DNA from: Candidatus Bathyarchaeota archaeon
GTDB taxonomy: Archaea; Thermoproteota; Bathyarchaeia; Bathyarchaeales; Bathycorpusculaceae
DNA: 64,000 bases
NCBI GenBank assembly: GCA_963777155.1
Contig: CAVZPM010000039.1
Coordinates: 32,001 to 96,000, forward strand
Direction of reading: 5' to 3'
Below are positions 1-9,242 of the stretch, one piece after another. Below the pieces are notes generated by a model. The model saw only the letters and a list, made by a program, of their open reading frames with translations. It made no database searches and was not told where the DNA came from. How positions within the stretch are numbered: the first letter of the stretch is position 1; every line of letters starts with the position of its first letter. The position numbers and the translations under genes were made by a program.

Positions 1-67
1 ATCTAAGTGAAGGCGAACCCTTCTTAGCCACTTGGAGCAGTGCCCCGCATTTTGGACAGAAATTCAT
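1..67 (-). CDS. 5' end of a zinc-ribbon protein, probably transcription factor S / RpoM family (runs off the window)
   Basis: Minus strand from ATG at 67 reads MNFCPKCGALLQVAKKGSPSLR, a typical TFS/RpoM N-terminal FCPKCG ribbon; not in the ORF track. Confidence 0.6.
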   Translation of the reverse strand, partial: MNFCPKCGALLQVAKKGSPSLR

Positions 68-314
68 TGTTAGTCACTTTCGTCAGAACTTTTCTAATTT
101 AAAATAATTATTATATTTTATGAATTACACATCACAAATAATTCGATTAACATATGCAAAGACATAAGAAAAGCCAATTTTTCTTTTTTACTCGATCAAA
201 AATAGGGTAACAGTATAGTCAGAAACGAGTATGCGACTTTTAGAGAAACTTCTGCTTATTTATCCACGATTATTTTATATGGACAAAAATTAACAATATG
301 TAATGTGAAATCAT

Positions 315-794
315 ATGTCCTTCCTTGATATTCCCGCGATATCTGTTGTGATTGCGTCAGCCAGCGTAATTGGCAGTGCAGTCTATTACATGATTGAAAC
401 CAGACATCAGCGTAGGATTAGGCAAACCGAGAGTATTATCAGGCTTTCTCCATGGTTTAGTTTGGATGCGAAAGAAATTCAAGAGGCAATAAGCAATGTT
501 TGCTCCCTTGAATATACTGATTACAAGGATTATCTTGCAAAATATGATGGAAAACCCGAACAGATATCACTAAAACTTTTGGGCAATTATTTTGAAGGCA
601 TTGGCTTGCTCGTTTACATGAAATTGGTAGAGCTTGACATTGTCTTTAATTTTTGGGGTGACGTTGCAGAATCTGTTTGGGACGATAATGAAGAGTTAAT
701 TAACGGTATGCGTGAGGATTCTGGCACTCCATTTACGTTTCAATATTGGGAGTTTCTTGTAAAAGAGTTCAAGAAAAGAAAAACTTGCTCTTAA
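315..794 (+). CDS. DUF4760-like membrane-anchored protein
   Basis: N-terminal TM helix followed by NYFEGIGLLV...FQYWEFLV pattern resembling DUF4760. Confidence 0.6.
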   Translation: MSFLDIPAISVVIASASVIGSAVYYMIETRHQRRIRQTESIIRLSPWFSLDAKEIQEAISNVCSLEYTDYKDYLAKYDGKPEQISLKLLGNYFEGIGLLVYMKLVELDIVFNFWGDVAESVWDDNEELINGMREDSGTPFTFQYWEFLVKEFKKRKTCS

Positions 795-837
795 CAAGAA
801 TAGGTAATCAAAGACTAATCATCTCTGTTATTTACAA

Positions 838-1332
838 TCAAGACCATTTGGGTGTAATTTCTATTCTGGTCACTGAGTCAGCTACATCACAATGAATGTT
901 TGTTCTTGAAATGTAGAAATAACCGCCATCTCTTGACAAATTCCGGGTTCCAATATTGCCCATGTCTATTTCTGATGTTTGAAGTAGTGTTTGTTTATTG
1001 TAGAAGTGAATGATTAATTTACAATCTAGAGCAGGTTCAAGACCAACATTTGTTACTGTTCCGTAGATTGTGAAATTATGTCTCGAGTCAACGACGGGGT
1101 CTGTACTATTATGCAGATACCAGCCTAAGTTTGTTACAAGATATGGTTTGATTAGATTCTCTGCATCGCCTAATCTTTGTGTTAAATTCATGTTTTCTTG
1201 GTTTAACTTTTCAATTAAACCTGTCAACCTGTCGTTTTCAGATGAAAACATTTTTTCGAAGTAGACATAGCTTACTATAGGAGCCAGAATTGAAATTATT
1301 ACACATATGCTTACTGTCGTTTTTATATCCAA
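838..1332 (-). CDS. Hypothetical membrane-anchored protein (TM, coiled coil, Ig-like domain)
   Basis: N-terminal TM, short coiled coil, IYGTVTNVG beta-rich domain. Confidence 0.6.
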   Translation of the reverse strand: MDIKTTVSICVIISILAPIVSYVYFEKMFSSENDRLTGLIEKLNQENMNLTQRLGDAENLIKPYLVTNLGWYLHNSTDPVVDSRHNFTIYGTVTNVGLEPALDCKLIIHFYNKQTLLQTSEIDMGNIGTRNLSRDGGYFYISRTNIHCDVADSVTRIEITPKWS

Positions 1333-1575
1333 ACAACTCCACCAACATTAAAGCAGCAATGGGTGCTTCTTAGTTCTATTCATGGAACAGACAACGAACA
1401 TGTTGTTCCTTTTTGGAACGCTAACCTGCAATTTGTTTGGGTCGAGTATGATTAAAAAGTTCAATGCTGAAACGCTTTTCCACTGTAATGGAGAGGTTAG
1501 CTAAGTAAAACGTGATTTTTAATGAAAGTGCAAAACGATGCTTTTCCAATGAAACGCCTGCTAGAAAGCAGAAGG

Positions 1576-1581
1576 TATATA
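1576..1581 (+). promoter_or_regulatory. TATA box of the 5S rRNA gene
   Basis: TATATA preceded by a purine-rich BRE-like tract, ~30 nt upstream of the 5S 5' end. Confidence 0.6.
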
Positions 1582-1608
1582 TGGGGTTGTTGAACAGTTA
1601 TGTTTCGT

Positions 1609-1726
1609 CTGCCGGTCAAAGGGCACGGGTTCCACCTGATCCCATTCCGAACTCAGAAGTTAAACCGTGTTCCGTTCCCAGCTGTAGTGTGGTCTTAGGC
1701 CACGTGAACCTGGGAAAGCTGGCAAC
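1609..1726 (+). rRNA. rrf: 5S ribosomal RNA (stand-alone)
   Basis: Conserved CCCATTCCGAAC...GAAGTTAA core; helix I TGCCGGT (1610-1616) pairs with GCTGGCA (1718-1724); ~118 nt; T-rich tract downstream. Confidence 0.93.
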
Positions 1727-1799
1727 ATTTTGACTTGTTTTTTCAGGGCAGTTTTTCTGGGTGATTTAGCATATCCTTATAAGGGTCTGAGAATAGTTT

Positions 1800-2933
1800 T
1801 TGAAAAGAAGTGGTGCATATAACTTGAGTCTTATTCCCGGAAGCGATTCAATTACTCAGATTATCAGCTTGCTATCGTACGTGTTCTTCATAGTTCTGAT
1901 CTTTTACGGTCAACGTATTCAGATGTACGTCATGATCCGCGAGGTGGAAAACTCTCTGCATAAGCTCCGCCATATTAAGGAGGAAGGCAGAAAAACCGCC
2001 ATTGAAACCATAAAAGAAATCGGCAAACCAGCCACCGACCCATCTGCACGCGTTGACCGATACCTCGAATACTTTACCATTGGGCCCCAAAACATGGATC
2101 CCGCAGGAATCGTCTCCAAACTTGATCACATCCTCGATGTACGAGACGACCGCCTAAAAGAAGAAGTCAAACTCATGGCACCACAAATCCAAAACGACCC
2201 AGTACAAATTAACAACCTGGAAAACACCCTTGAAGCCGCGATGGCCTTAAACTTCATCTACAAAGTCGTTCGCCACTATTACATCCAGGGCAAAAAAACC
2301 CTGAGCCTGTACGTAATCATGCAGCTACAGATGATCCTACCAATGGTCATGAAGGAAGCAGACGCATACTCAAGCGCTTTGAAAGCCTTCGCTTATGGGC
2401 AACCAATCGGAGACGGCGCAGGTCCACTTGTCGCAGGCAAACTAATGCATGGCTACGAAGTTCGCAAGCTGCCCAAAGACTGTGTGATGGCAACAGTTCC
2501 CTTGGAGGGACGCACTGCCTTTGTCATGAAGGCTGAAGGTCCAGGCGGAAACGTCGGCAAACCCGGTGATGCAATAGAAGCAGTCATAGAGGAAAACGAG
2601 GGCAAAATCGCATGTCTCATTATGATTGATGCTGGCCTTAAGCTTGAAGGCGAAATGGTCGGCGAAGTCTCAGAAGGTATCGGTGCAGCCATCGGTGGAC
2701 CAGGCGTTGACGCATACAAGATAGAAGATAAACTAACTAAATACAAGATACCCAACTACGCCGTCATCATAAAACAGGACATCGGAGACGCAGTTACACC
2801 TATGCGCAAAGAAATTCATGACGCAACCGACAAAGTCATCGAACGCGTAAAATCGATCATCGTTGAACGCACAAAAGAAGGCGACAAAGTGATTATCTTC
2901 GGCGTTGGCAACTCCATTGGAGTGGGACAATAG
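1800..2933 (+). CDS. DUF1512 family protein
   Basis: PIGDGAGPLVA, GPGGNVGKPG, IDAGLKLEGE and C-terminal GVGNSIGVGQ motifs. Confidence 0.85.
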   Translation: MKRSGAYNLSLIPGSDSITQIISLLSYVFFIVLIFYGQRIQMYVMIREVENSLHKLRHIKEEGRKTAIETIKEIGKPATDPSARVDRYLEYFTIGPQNMDPAGIVSKLDHILDVRDDRLKEEVKLMAPQIQNDPVQINNLENTLEAAMALNFIYKVVRHYYIQGKKTLSLYVIMQLQMILPMVMKEADAYSSALKAFAYGQPIGDGAGPLVAGKLMHGYEVRKLPKDCVMATVPLEGRTAFVMKAEGPGGNVGKPGDAIEAVIEENEGKIACLIMIDAGLKLEGEMVGEVSEGIGAAIGGPGVDAYKIEDKLTKYKIPNYAVIIKQDIGDAVTPMRKEIHDATDKVIERVKSIIVERTKEGDKVIIFGVGNSIGVGQ

Positions 2934-2945
2934 GAGGATTAGACA

Positions 2946-3371
2946 ATGACACAAAACAACAAAACTCAATCGACAAATGCAAACCAAAAAATCAGCACTT
3001 ACCTAACCATGATTGTCCTGATTGTTATGGCGCTTGCCGTAACAGCCCTGCTCATTGCAGGCGAAACCTACCTTGCCGGCGACCAACTGGCCGCTGGTGT
3101 CCTAGCAGGCATAGGATTAATCGCATTGGTGCTCTCAGGATTTCTACTCTACCAATCCAAACTGCAGTCCAAACAGGTAAAAATCGATGTACCCAAAGTC
3201 ATGACAACAATCGAATGCAAATGCGGCGACAAAACCGTACGTGAATTCCAACGCGGCGACTATGTCTACAAAGAACTTGATGTTCCATGCCCCAAGTGCC
3301 CAACAACACACCAGATGATAACATCCATCTACAAAGAAGTCAAAGAAAAAGAGAAAACCTACAACGTCTAA
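2946..3371 (+). CDS. Membrane protein with C-terminal zinc ribbon (DUF1512 neighbour)
   Basis: Two TM helices then TTIECKCG..REFQRGDYVYK..CPKC; SD GGAGG upstream. Confidence 0.75.
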   Translation: MTQNNKTQSTNANQKISTYLTMIVLIVMALAVTALLIAGETYLAGDQLAAGVLAGIGLIALVLSGFLLYQSKLQSKQVKIDVPKVMTTIECKCGDKTVREFQRGDYVYKELDVPCPKCPTTHQMITSIYKEVKEKEKTYNV

Positions 3372-3389
3372 GTACGAACGAAGTTTAGC

Positions 3390-4292
3390 TTAAGTTAAAA
3401 CTTCGCAACCCTCATCTTTTATCAGCAATGTGTGCTCAACTTGAGCTACAGGTTTTTTAGTTGCCTCAACAAAAACAGGGTACCCCATAATCGCCTTCGA
3501 GGCGAACAGCTCCTTGAAAGCTGCTTTATGTTGCTCGGCTGGTACCACGCCAATTAGCCATCGTTCGGCGAAAGGCAGAGTTCTGAAGTTGGTTTCAATG
3601 TGCTTGAGCATTTTTTTTGCTGCTTCACTCTTTGTGGATTTGGCTTTTAACAGGCGGTAGATGGTGATTTTTGGTGAATCTTCTACTCGGGCAGCGGCTT
3701 CGGGCAATGTGACGAAGGGTTCGATAGCGTAGACTTCGCCAGTTTTGACTTTGTTTGGGTAAAAGCCTGACACGTTTGGGATGGATGTTCCAGCGTGGAT
3801 TAAGTAGCGTCCAACGCTGTGTCCGGTTAGGTTGCTGATTGGTTTAAACCCGCGGTTTCTTATGGTGGTTTCGATTAATCCGCCGATTTTTCCCAGCGCC
3901 ATATCGCCGTGGATGTTATCGATTAAGGTTTTCAGGGCAAGTTCAGCGGTGGCTGTCATGCTTCTGCCTTCAGCGCTAAAAGCTGATGTAAACGCAGTGT
4001 CAGTCACGTAGCCGTCCACTTGCACGCCAATGTCTACTTTAGCGGTGGAGCCTTCGGGTATTCGTGCTATGTCGCCTGGGGGTGAAGTATAGTGTGCCGC
4101 AACTTCGTTGATGCTTACGTTGCATGGAAACGCGGGTTTGCCACCTTTTTGGCGGATTAGTCCCTCGGCTTTTTCGCAGACTTCTATGATTGGCATGTTT
4201 TCTCGGACGTAACTGCGCATTTCTTCTCGGGTTTCGCGTAGAATTTTGCCTGATTGGCGGAATTTTTCGAGTTCTTCTTTATCGTATGGCAT
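3390..4292 (-). CDS. map: Type II methionine aminopeptidase
   Basis: AFPCNVSINEVAAHY, DIGVQVDGYVTDTA, NLTGHS, AIEPF, AQVEHT motifs. Confidence 0.96.
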   Translation of the reverse strand: MPYDKEELEKFRQSGKILRETREEMRSYVRENMPIIEVCEKAEGLIRQKGGKPAFPCNVSINEVAAHYTSPPGDIARIPEGSTAKVDIGVQVDGYVTDTAFTSAFSAEGRSMTATAELALKTLIDNIHGDMALGKIGGLIETTIRNRGFKPISNLTGHSVGRYLIHAGTSIPNVSGFYPNKVKTGEVYAIEPFVTLPEAAARVEDSPKITIYRLLKAKSTKSEAAKKMLKHIETNFRTLPFAERWLIGVVPAEQHKAAFKELFASKAIMGYPVFVEATKKPVAQVEHTLLIKDEGCEVLT

Positions 4293-4428
4293 GGAAATTC
4301 GCTTCTATTCAAAATTGGTTTATGCGTTGGATGCTTAAATGCATAACCACAACACCATCTAAATACTCAGATAAACGAAGTCCCCTTCATCAAGCCGAAT
4401 AGTCAAAAATGAAAAGAGGCGATGTAGC

Positions 4429-5271
4429 TTAAGTTGACTCAGGCAAGCTCTTTTGGGTCGTTACTCTACGAAGGAGCGCAACCACCACGATTGCAAAGCA
4501 GGCAATGATTACAGCCATAACTATGAGAGCGGTTTGTTCCCAGTCAGAACCAGACAGTATTCCAGTTAAGATGTTTGGTTGGGTTGGGGTTGCTGTTGGG
4601 TTTTCCGGCCAAGGAGTTGAGGTCGGATAAGTTGGCGTTATAGTTGGATTCGGGGTCCAAAATGGTTGAGATGTTGGAGATGCCTGAGTTGGGTTTCCTA
4701 TTGTGACTGTTCTCGTAGTGCTCCAGCCGCTTTCTCCGACTGTATTTTTGTATTGTGTGCCGCAAGCTTGAGAATTATAGATGGTATATCCTTCAATAGC
4801 CTTTACTTGAAAATCGATTTGACCTCCTTGAGGTACACTCCAGTATTGGATATTAAAGGACACGACCGTATAGGCGGAACTGGTTGCTTGAATGCCTGTC
4901 TGGCTGTGGCTTCCAAAGTCAGTGTCACCATTCCAGTTTTCAAAGTGCCCCTTTGAGCGTATGTTATAGTACAAGTAGACAGTGCTGTTGCTTGAATCTA
5001 TGTAGGGTGTGAAGGGCTGATTTCTTATCGTAACGTCGATGGTTCGGTTATCTACACGTTCCCCGCCGCTGCTATGGGTTATTTGCTCACCAGTGTAGGG
5101 ATCTGTTGTAGTCCAATGTGTTACGGGAACAGTGTATGAGTGGTCGACGTAAGCCACGCTGAAATCTGGGACTGACGGGTTAGCAAAAACGCTCGAAGGA
5201 AAAGCCATCAGCATAGTCGATGCAGATAAGATAAGAACTGTCAGTAGAGCAAATATCTTAGTTGGTTTCAT
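4429..5271 (-). CDS. Secreted/cell-surface protein with Pro/Thr linker and C-terminal TM anchor
   Basis: Signal peptide, PSVPDFS...LYYNIRSKGH...IDFQVKA...SGWSTTRTVTI domain, PT-rich linker, TM plus basic tail. Confidence 0.8.
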   Translation of the reverse strand: MKPTKIFALLTVLILSASTMLMAFPSSVFANPSVPDFSVAYVDHSYTVPVTHWTTTDPYTGEQITHSSGGERVDNRTIDVTIRNQPFTPYIDSSNSTVYLYYNIRSKGHFENWNGDTDFGSHSQTGIQATSSAYTVVSFNIQYWSVPQGGQIDFQVKAIEGYTIYNSQACGTQYKNTVGESGWSTTRTVTIGNPTQASPTSQPFWTPNPTITPTYPTSTPWPENPTATPTQPNILTGILSGSDWEQTALIVMAVIIACFAIVVVALLRRVTTQKSLPEST

Positions 5272-5387
5272 AGGTTACTCTTGTTCCAGTTACAATAAAA
5301 AGCTTGTAGTAAAGGTATTTTGACTAACTTAAGTCAAAGTTCCTTGACTGACAAGCTTTTATGTAAAACCTTACATGTACTTACCTA
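5271..5387. repeat. Imperfect palindrome spanning the divergent promoter of two paralogs
   Basis: Core TTTGACT-N6-AGTCAAA (5319-5338); arms TACAATAAAAAGCTTGTAGTAAAGGTATTTTGACT vs reverse complement TACATAAAAGCTTGTCAGTCAAGGAACTTTGACT; both ATGs lie ~58 nt from the centre. Confidence 0.75.
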
Positions 5388-5956
5388 TGCGAAAAAAAAT
5401 AGCAATATTACTCAGCTTTCTTATGTTGATTTCAGGCTTGATTGCAATAGAGCCTGTGTTCACCCAAATCAGCCCTCCCGTTCCAAGCTTCACTTTGAAA
5501 CTCGAAGATGACTCACACGATGTAACGAACGCGACTGGAACTTACCACATATCAATTAAGTTCATCGACGTTGTCGTAAACAACACTGGGGAACTATCCA
5601 ATTACGCAGTCGTAAACGAAACCCTCGTTAAACTGTATTATAACATCCGCGTAAAAGATCACGCCGCTCAAGACTGGGCGCTGGTCACACCAAACCTTGC
5701 CCCATCAACTACAGACTACACAACCATAAAGTTTGGGCTCGGCAGCACTAATCCAGACCCGGGCGGCTGGAGCATCTGGATCGGCAACATAACCAAAAGC
5801 GGCAAGGTAGATGTACAAGTGCTAGGAATCGACGGGTTCTACACGAAACTAATCGATGACCCACCATGCTGGCGAATACCCCAATACAGCGCCTTTAACG
5901 AAACTGGAAGAAGCGCTTGGAGCACCACACAAACAATAACCATACCAACCAGTTAA
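5387..5956 (+). CDS. Secreted paralog of 4429-5271 lacking linker and anchor (possibly truncated)
   Basis: PPVPSFT...LYYNIRVKDH...VDVQV...SAWSTTQTITI matches the neighbour; ORF track starts at 5375, ATG 5387 preferred by symmetry. Confidence 0.75.
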   Translation: MRKKIAILLSFLMLISGLIAIEPVFTQISPPVPSFTLKLEDDSHDVTNATGTYHISIKFIDVVVNNTGELSNYAVVNETLVKLYYNIRVKDHAAQDWALVTPNLAPSTTDYTTIKFGLGSTNPDPGGWSIWIGNITKSGKVDVQVLGIDGFYTKLIDDPPCWRIPQYSAFNETGRSAWSTTQTITIPTS

Positions 5957-6054
5957 ACCTCATAATCAGCACCTCAACTTCTCCTCCTTCCTTCACTATT
6001 ACCACTGAAATCCAAGACGCAACCGAAGAGAACTAACTCTGTCTTACTTCATAG

Positions 6055-7212
6055 CTAGCTAACACCCGTAATGTTGGGGGAAAATTCAGAATTGAAGACT
6101 GAAGGCCACTTTGCATCCCTAAAGTCATCAAGCCATCCGGCATCTTCATCTGCATGGCATTTGAACATAACACCCAAGTTCTTTCTGTCCTTTGCTTCAT
6201 GGTATTTAAAGTAAATCTCGTCATCCATTATTCCAAGTATCTCTAACTTCCCAGTTACATGCGACATGATATACTTGAAACGCTTGCTAAGCCCATTGCA
6301 ACTAGCTTTTGCTTTTTCTATTATCCTAATTCCTTCGCACAAGGGAACCTGGAACTGATGCTTAACTCTTTTAACAGGGCGGCACTGGAAAAGGTAGTAA
6401 GGCATAACGCCAACGTCCACGAGCTTATTCATTAAGGTTGCAATCGTGAGGGGACTGTCGTTAACTCCGCGCAGGAGAACTGTCTGGTTGCTGACCAGAA
6501 CGCCTGCCTCAAGCAGATTGTTTACAGCGCCAATGGATTGTGGTGTTATTTCTCGAGGGTGATTAAAATGAGTCACAATATGTACTCTCTTATCACTCTT
6601 CGAGTATTTCCTAAAGAGGGCTATAAGTTTAGGATCAGAAAGCCTCGCGGGAAGAGTAACGGGAACTCTGCTTCCGATTCTAATGAATCTAACATGTTTT
6701 ATTCTATTTAAAACTTCAAGAAACCTCTCGATCATTTCGCTCTCAAGCACAAGCGGGTCACCACCGCTGATTAGAACATTGTTTATTTCTTTATGTTCTG
6801 CGACATAAGCGGCGGCGTCCTCAAAACGCGCCAAGATTTCTTCATTTGGCAACCCAACTAGACGTTTCCTAAAACAGTGTCTGCAATACATTGCGCACTG
6901 GTTCGTAGCTAAAATCAAAGCTGTCTCCGAATACTTATGCTGCATTCCATGAACTACAGTGTTTTCTGTTTCTCCACTTGTGTCATAAACCCCTTCAACG
7001 CTTAGCTCTTCAATAGAAGGCACAGCCATTTTTCTTATCGGATCATCAGGATCATTCCAGTCAATAAGTGACAAATAATAAGGGTTAATACGCATAGGGT
7101 GAACTTTAATTATTTTTTCCAGCATCTTTGCTTCGTCAGGAGCAAGGTCCACATACTTCTTGAGCTGCTTTACGCTGGTAATGCTTTTCTCTAATTCTTT
7201 AATCCAAGTCAT
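6055..7212 (-). CDS. KamA family radical SAM protein (lysine 2,3-aminomutase-like)
   Basis: CAMYCRHCFRKR, ISGGDPL, THFNHPREIT, NQTVLLRGVND, PYYLFQC motifs. Confidence 0.9.
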   Translation of the reverse strand: MTWIKELEKSITSVKQLKKYVDLAPDEAKMLEKIIKVHPMRINPYYLSLIDWNDPDDPIRKMAVPSIEELSVEGVYDTSGETENTVVHGMQHKYSETALILATNQCAMYCRHCFRKRLVGLPNEEILARFEDAAAYVAEHKEINNVLISGGDPLVLESEMIERFLEVLNRIKHVRFIRIGSRVPVTLPARLSDPKLIALFRKYSKSDKRVHIVTHFNHPREITPQSIGAVNNLLEAGVLVSNQTVLLRGVNDSPLTIATLMNKLVDVGVMPYYLFQCRPVKRVKHQFQVPLCEGIRIIEKAKASCNGLSKRFKYIMSHVTGKLEILGIMDDEIYFKYHEAKDRKNLGVMFKCHADEDAGWLDDFRDAKWPSVFNSEFSPNITGVS

Positions 7213-7472
7213 GCAAATAAAACTCCTTTGTTTGACCAGCGCGTTATTGATTTTTTTCCCTAAAGTGCTGATTAATCTTTAGGAATACAATATAGTGATG
7301 TCTTTACTTTTGGAATAAACTTTTTTGAGAAGCAAAATTTACTAAATTTCCAAATGTCTCAATCAATAAGCAAAGCCCAGTAAGCTAAATTAGCAAAATC
7401 TTGTACGCATATAACTATTGTAAATTACTTGTTTGTGTAGAAGCCGCTCGAGAAATTAGTCTTAAGAAAGTA

Positions 7473-7580
7473 TTATTTGGATTTTAGCTTTTCTTCGATA
7501 ACTTCTTTGAACGTTACGGTGGTTTCTGACGGTATCGTTTTTTGTGTTATCTTGTATTTTTTGCTCTTTTTATTTTTCAT
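7473..7580 (-). CDS. Candidate small Lys-rich ORF (35 aa)
   Basis: MKNKKSKKYKITQKTIPSETTVTFKEVIEEKLKSK; TTATAAA box ~27 nt upstream. Confidence 0.35.
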   Translation of the reverse strand: MKNKKSKKYKITQKTIPSETTVTFKEVIEEKLKSK

Positions 7581-7696
7581 AGGAAACTCTCAGATTGAAT
7601 TAAGGCTTTATAAGTTGTGTTCACTTTGACTTCATTCTGCCATCGCCTTTTTGGTTGGAAGAATATGTATGTTAACTTCAGGGTAAGGGGCTTGTT

Positions 7697-8617
7697 TCAT
7701 CGTGCATTTAGGAGCACGGAGAGATTGCGGGGCAATTCATTTAAGTAATCCGTTAGGCTTAGCGCCTTCATTTTCTCGATAGTTGCAGAGGGAATTTGAT
7801 CACTGGGTGTACCTTTTAATAAGAGCTCAGTTTCTTCTTGGGTGAATTCTGTGGTTTCTCCAATTTGTCCCAGATAGGCTTTGTTTTGAGGACAGACGGC
7901 TTGACATTTTATGCATCCTACAATGCAGTTGTGCCACTCAGGCTTTATCCAATTAGGAAATGGGATTTTGCTTTCTTTTTCATTATGGTACGTTAGGCAT
8001 TTTTCTGCGTGGAGCAGGAAGCGATTTTTGGTGATGGCGCCTGTTGGACATGCATTCCGACAAAGGGTGCAGTCCTTGCAGCTATTCATCATCTTTGCTT
8101 CTTGCCACTGGTCGCTTTCACAGGGCATATCTGAGTAAACTGCGGTTAAACGCATGAAACTGCCCATGCCTTGAACATAGGCGATGTTGTTTTTTCCATA
8201 AAAAGCTAATCCACTGTGTACTGCAAGCAATTTGAGGGGTAAGTTGGGAGTGGCAATTCTGTAGCCTTCTTTTCCAACTGCTTCAGCCACCAAGTGTTCT
8301 ACGTGTAGCCTTTTTTCATCGTATGCGGTGTAGGTTGGGGGCAAAATGAAGGTTTGTTTCTTTCCGTTCCAATTAAAAATCGCTTGGGTGGCGGGTCTGG
8401 GCATGGCTACTATGATGAGGGATTTTGCGTTCTTAAGCTCATCAGGTAATGAAAATTTGAATCTGAACAAGTATTCTTTAGAAAATTCCTCGTTAAATTG
8501 ATTCTGTTTTTGGCGGTTTTCAATTTCAGAACGCAAATCGGCAAGATGGCTTGTAGAAACAATGGTAAACTTGAGGTTTTCCTGTGTTAGTTTTTCGAAG
8601 TTAACTTGAGGAGTCAT
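7697..8617 (-). CDS. Epoxyqueuosine reductase (QueG)-like double 4Fe-4S protein
   Basis: AKSLIIVA, KLLAVHSGLAFYGKNN, GSFMRL, CKDCTLCRNACPTGA, CIVGCIKCQAVCP. Confidence 0.8.
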   Translation of the reverse strand: MTPQVNFEKLTQENLKFTIVSTSHLADLRSEIENRQKQNQFNEEFSKEYLFRFKFSLPDELKNAKSLIIVAMPRPATQAIFNWNGKKQTFILPPTYTAYDEKRLHVEHLVAEAVGKEGYRIATPNLPLKLLAVHSGLAFYGKNNIAYVQGMGSFMRLTAVYSDMPCESDQWQEAKMMNSCKDCTLCRNACPTGAITKNRFLLHAEKCLTYHNEKESKIPFPNWIKPEWHNCIVGCIKCQAVCPQNKAYLGQIGETTEFTQEETELLLKGTPSDQIPSATIEKMKALSLTDYLNELPRNLSVLLNAR

Positions 8618-8631
8618 AAATGAGTCATTTT

Positions 8632-9186
8632 TTAGGATTTGTAAAGTCTGGGATCCAGCAATGCGAAATTGTTTCCGCCTGCATGGTAGAGTACTCGTGC
8701 CTTTTTGAGATCATAACCACTTTCGGTAAAGACACCCATGTCTGCGTAGGCTTCAAGGATTTTGCCGACAAAGATTGTGTGGTCGCCTGTGGTGAATTGT
8801 CCATCGATTTCACACTCAAGATGCGCAATGCATTCACGGATAGCCGGCGCTTTAATTTTTTTGCCTGGCATTTGGGTGAGGTTGGCTTTTTTGAATTTGT
8901 CAAAGCTTCTGCCAGTTAGGCTTCCGCAAGCGTAGACTGCTTGGAGGGTTTCCATTGTGGGGATGTTTACTGTGAATTCGCCTGATTCTTCGATGAGGGT
9001 GTGGGTGTGACGGGTGGGTGCGAGGCTGATGGCGAGGAGTGGCGGGTTGATTGAGGTCGGCATTGCCCACGCGACCGTGGTTACGTTTGGTTTGTTTGCT
9101 TTTCCAATAGCTGAGACAAGTACGGTGTGCATTGGGTGAAGAAGCCGATATGCTGAGTTTATGTTGACAGTTGTTTTCACGGACAT
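8632..9186 (-). CDS. Flavin reductase family protein
   Basis: AWAMPTSINPP, EFTVNIP, AHLECE, GDHTIFVGKI. Confidence 0.9.
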   Translation of the reverse strand: MSVKTTVNINSAYRLLHPMHTVLVSAIGKANKPNVTTVAWAMPTSINPPLLAISLAPTRHTHTLIEESGEFTVNIPTMETLQAVYACGSLTGRSFDKFKKANLTQMPGKKIKAPAIRECIAHLECEIDGQFTTGDHTIFVGKILEAYADMGVFTESGYDLKKARVLYHAGGNNFALLDPRLYKS

Positions 9187-9242
9187 TTTTCTCGCCTATG
9201 TATATACTTATGAGACTTGATCGTTATCAAAATATTTCGGTC

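Noticed and set aside
1512-1733. 73-aa ORF
   Set aside because: Overlaps the 5S rRNA gene; the PDPIPNSEVK text is a typical 5S mistranslation
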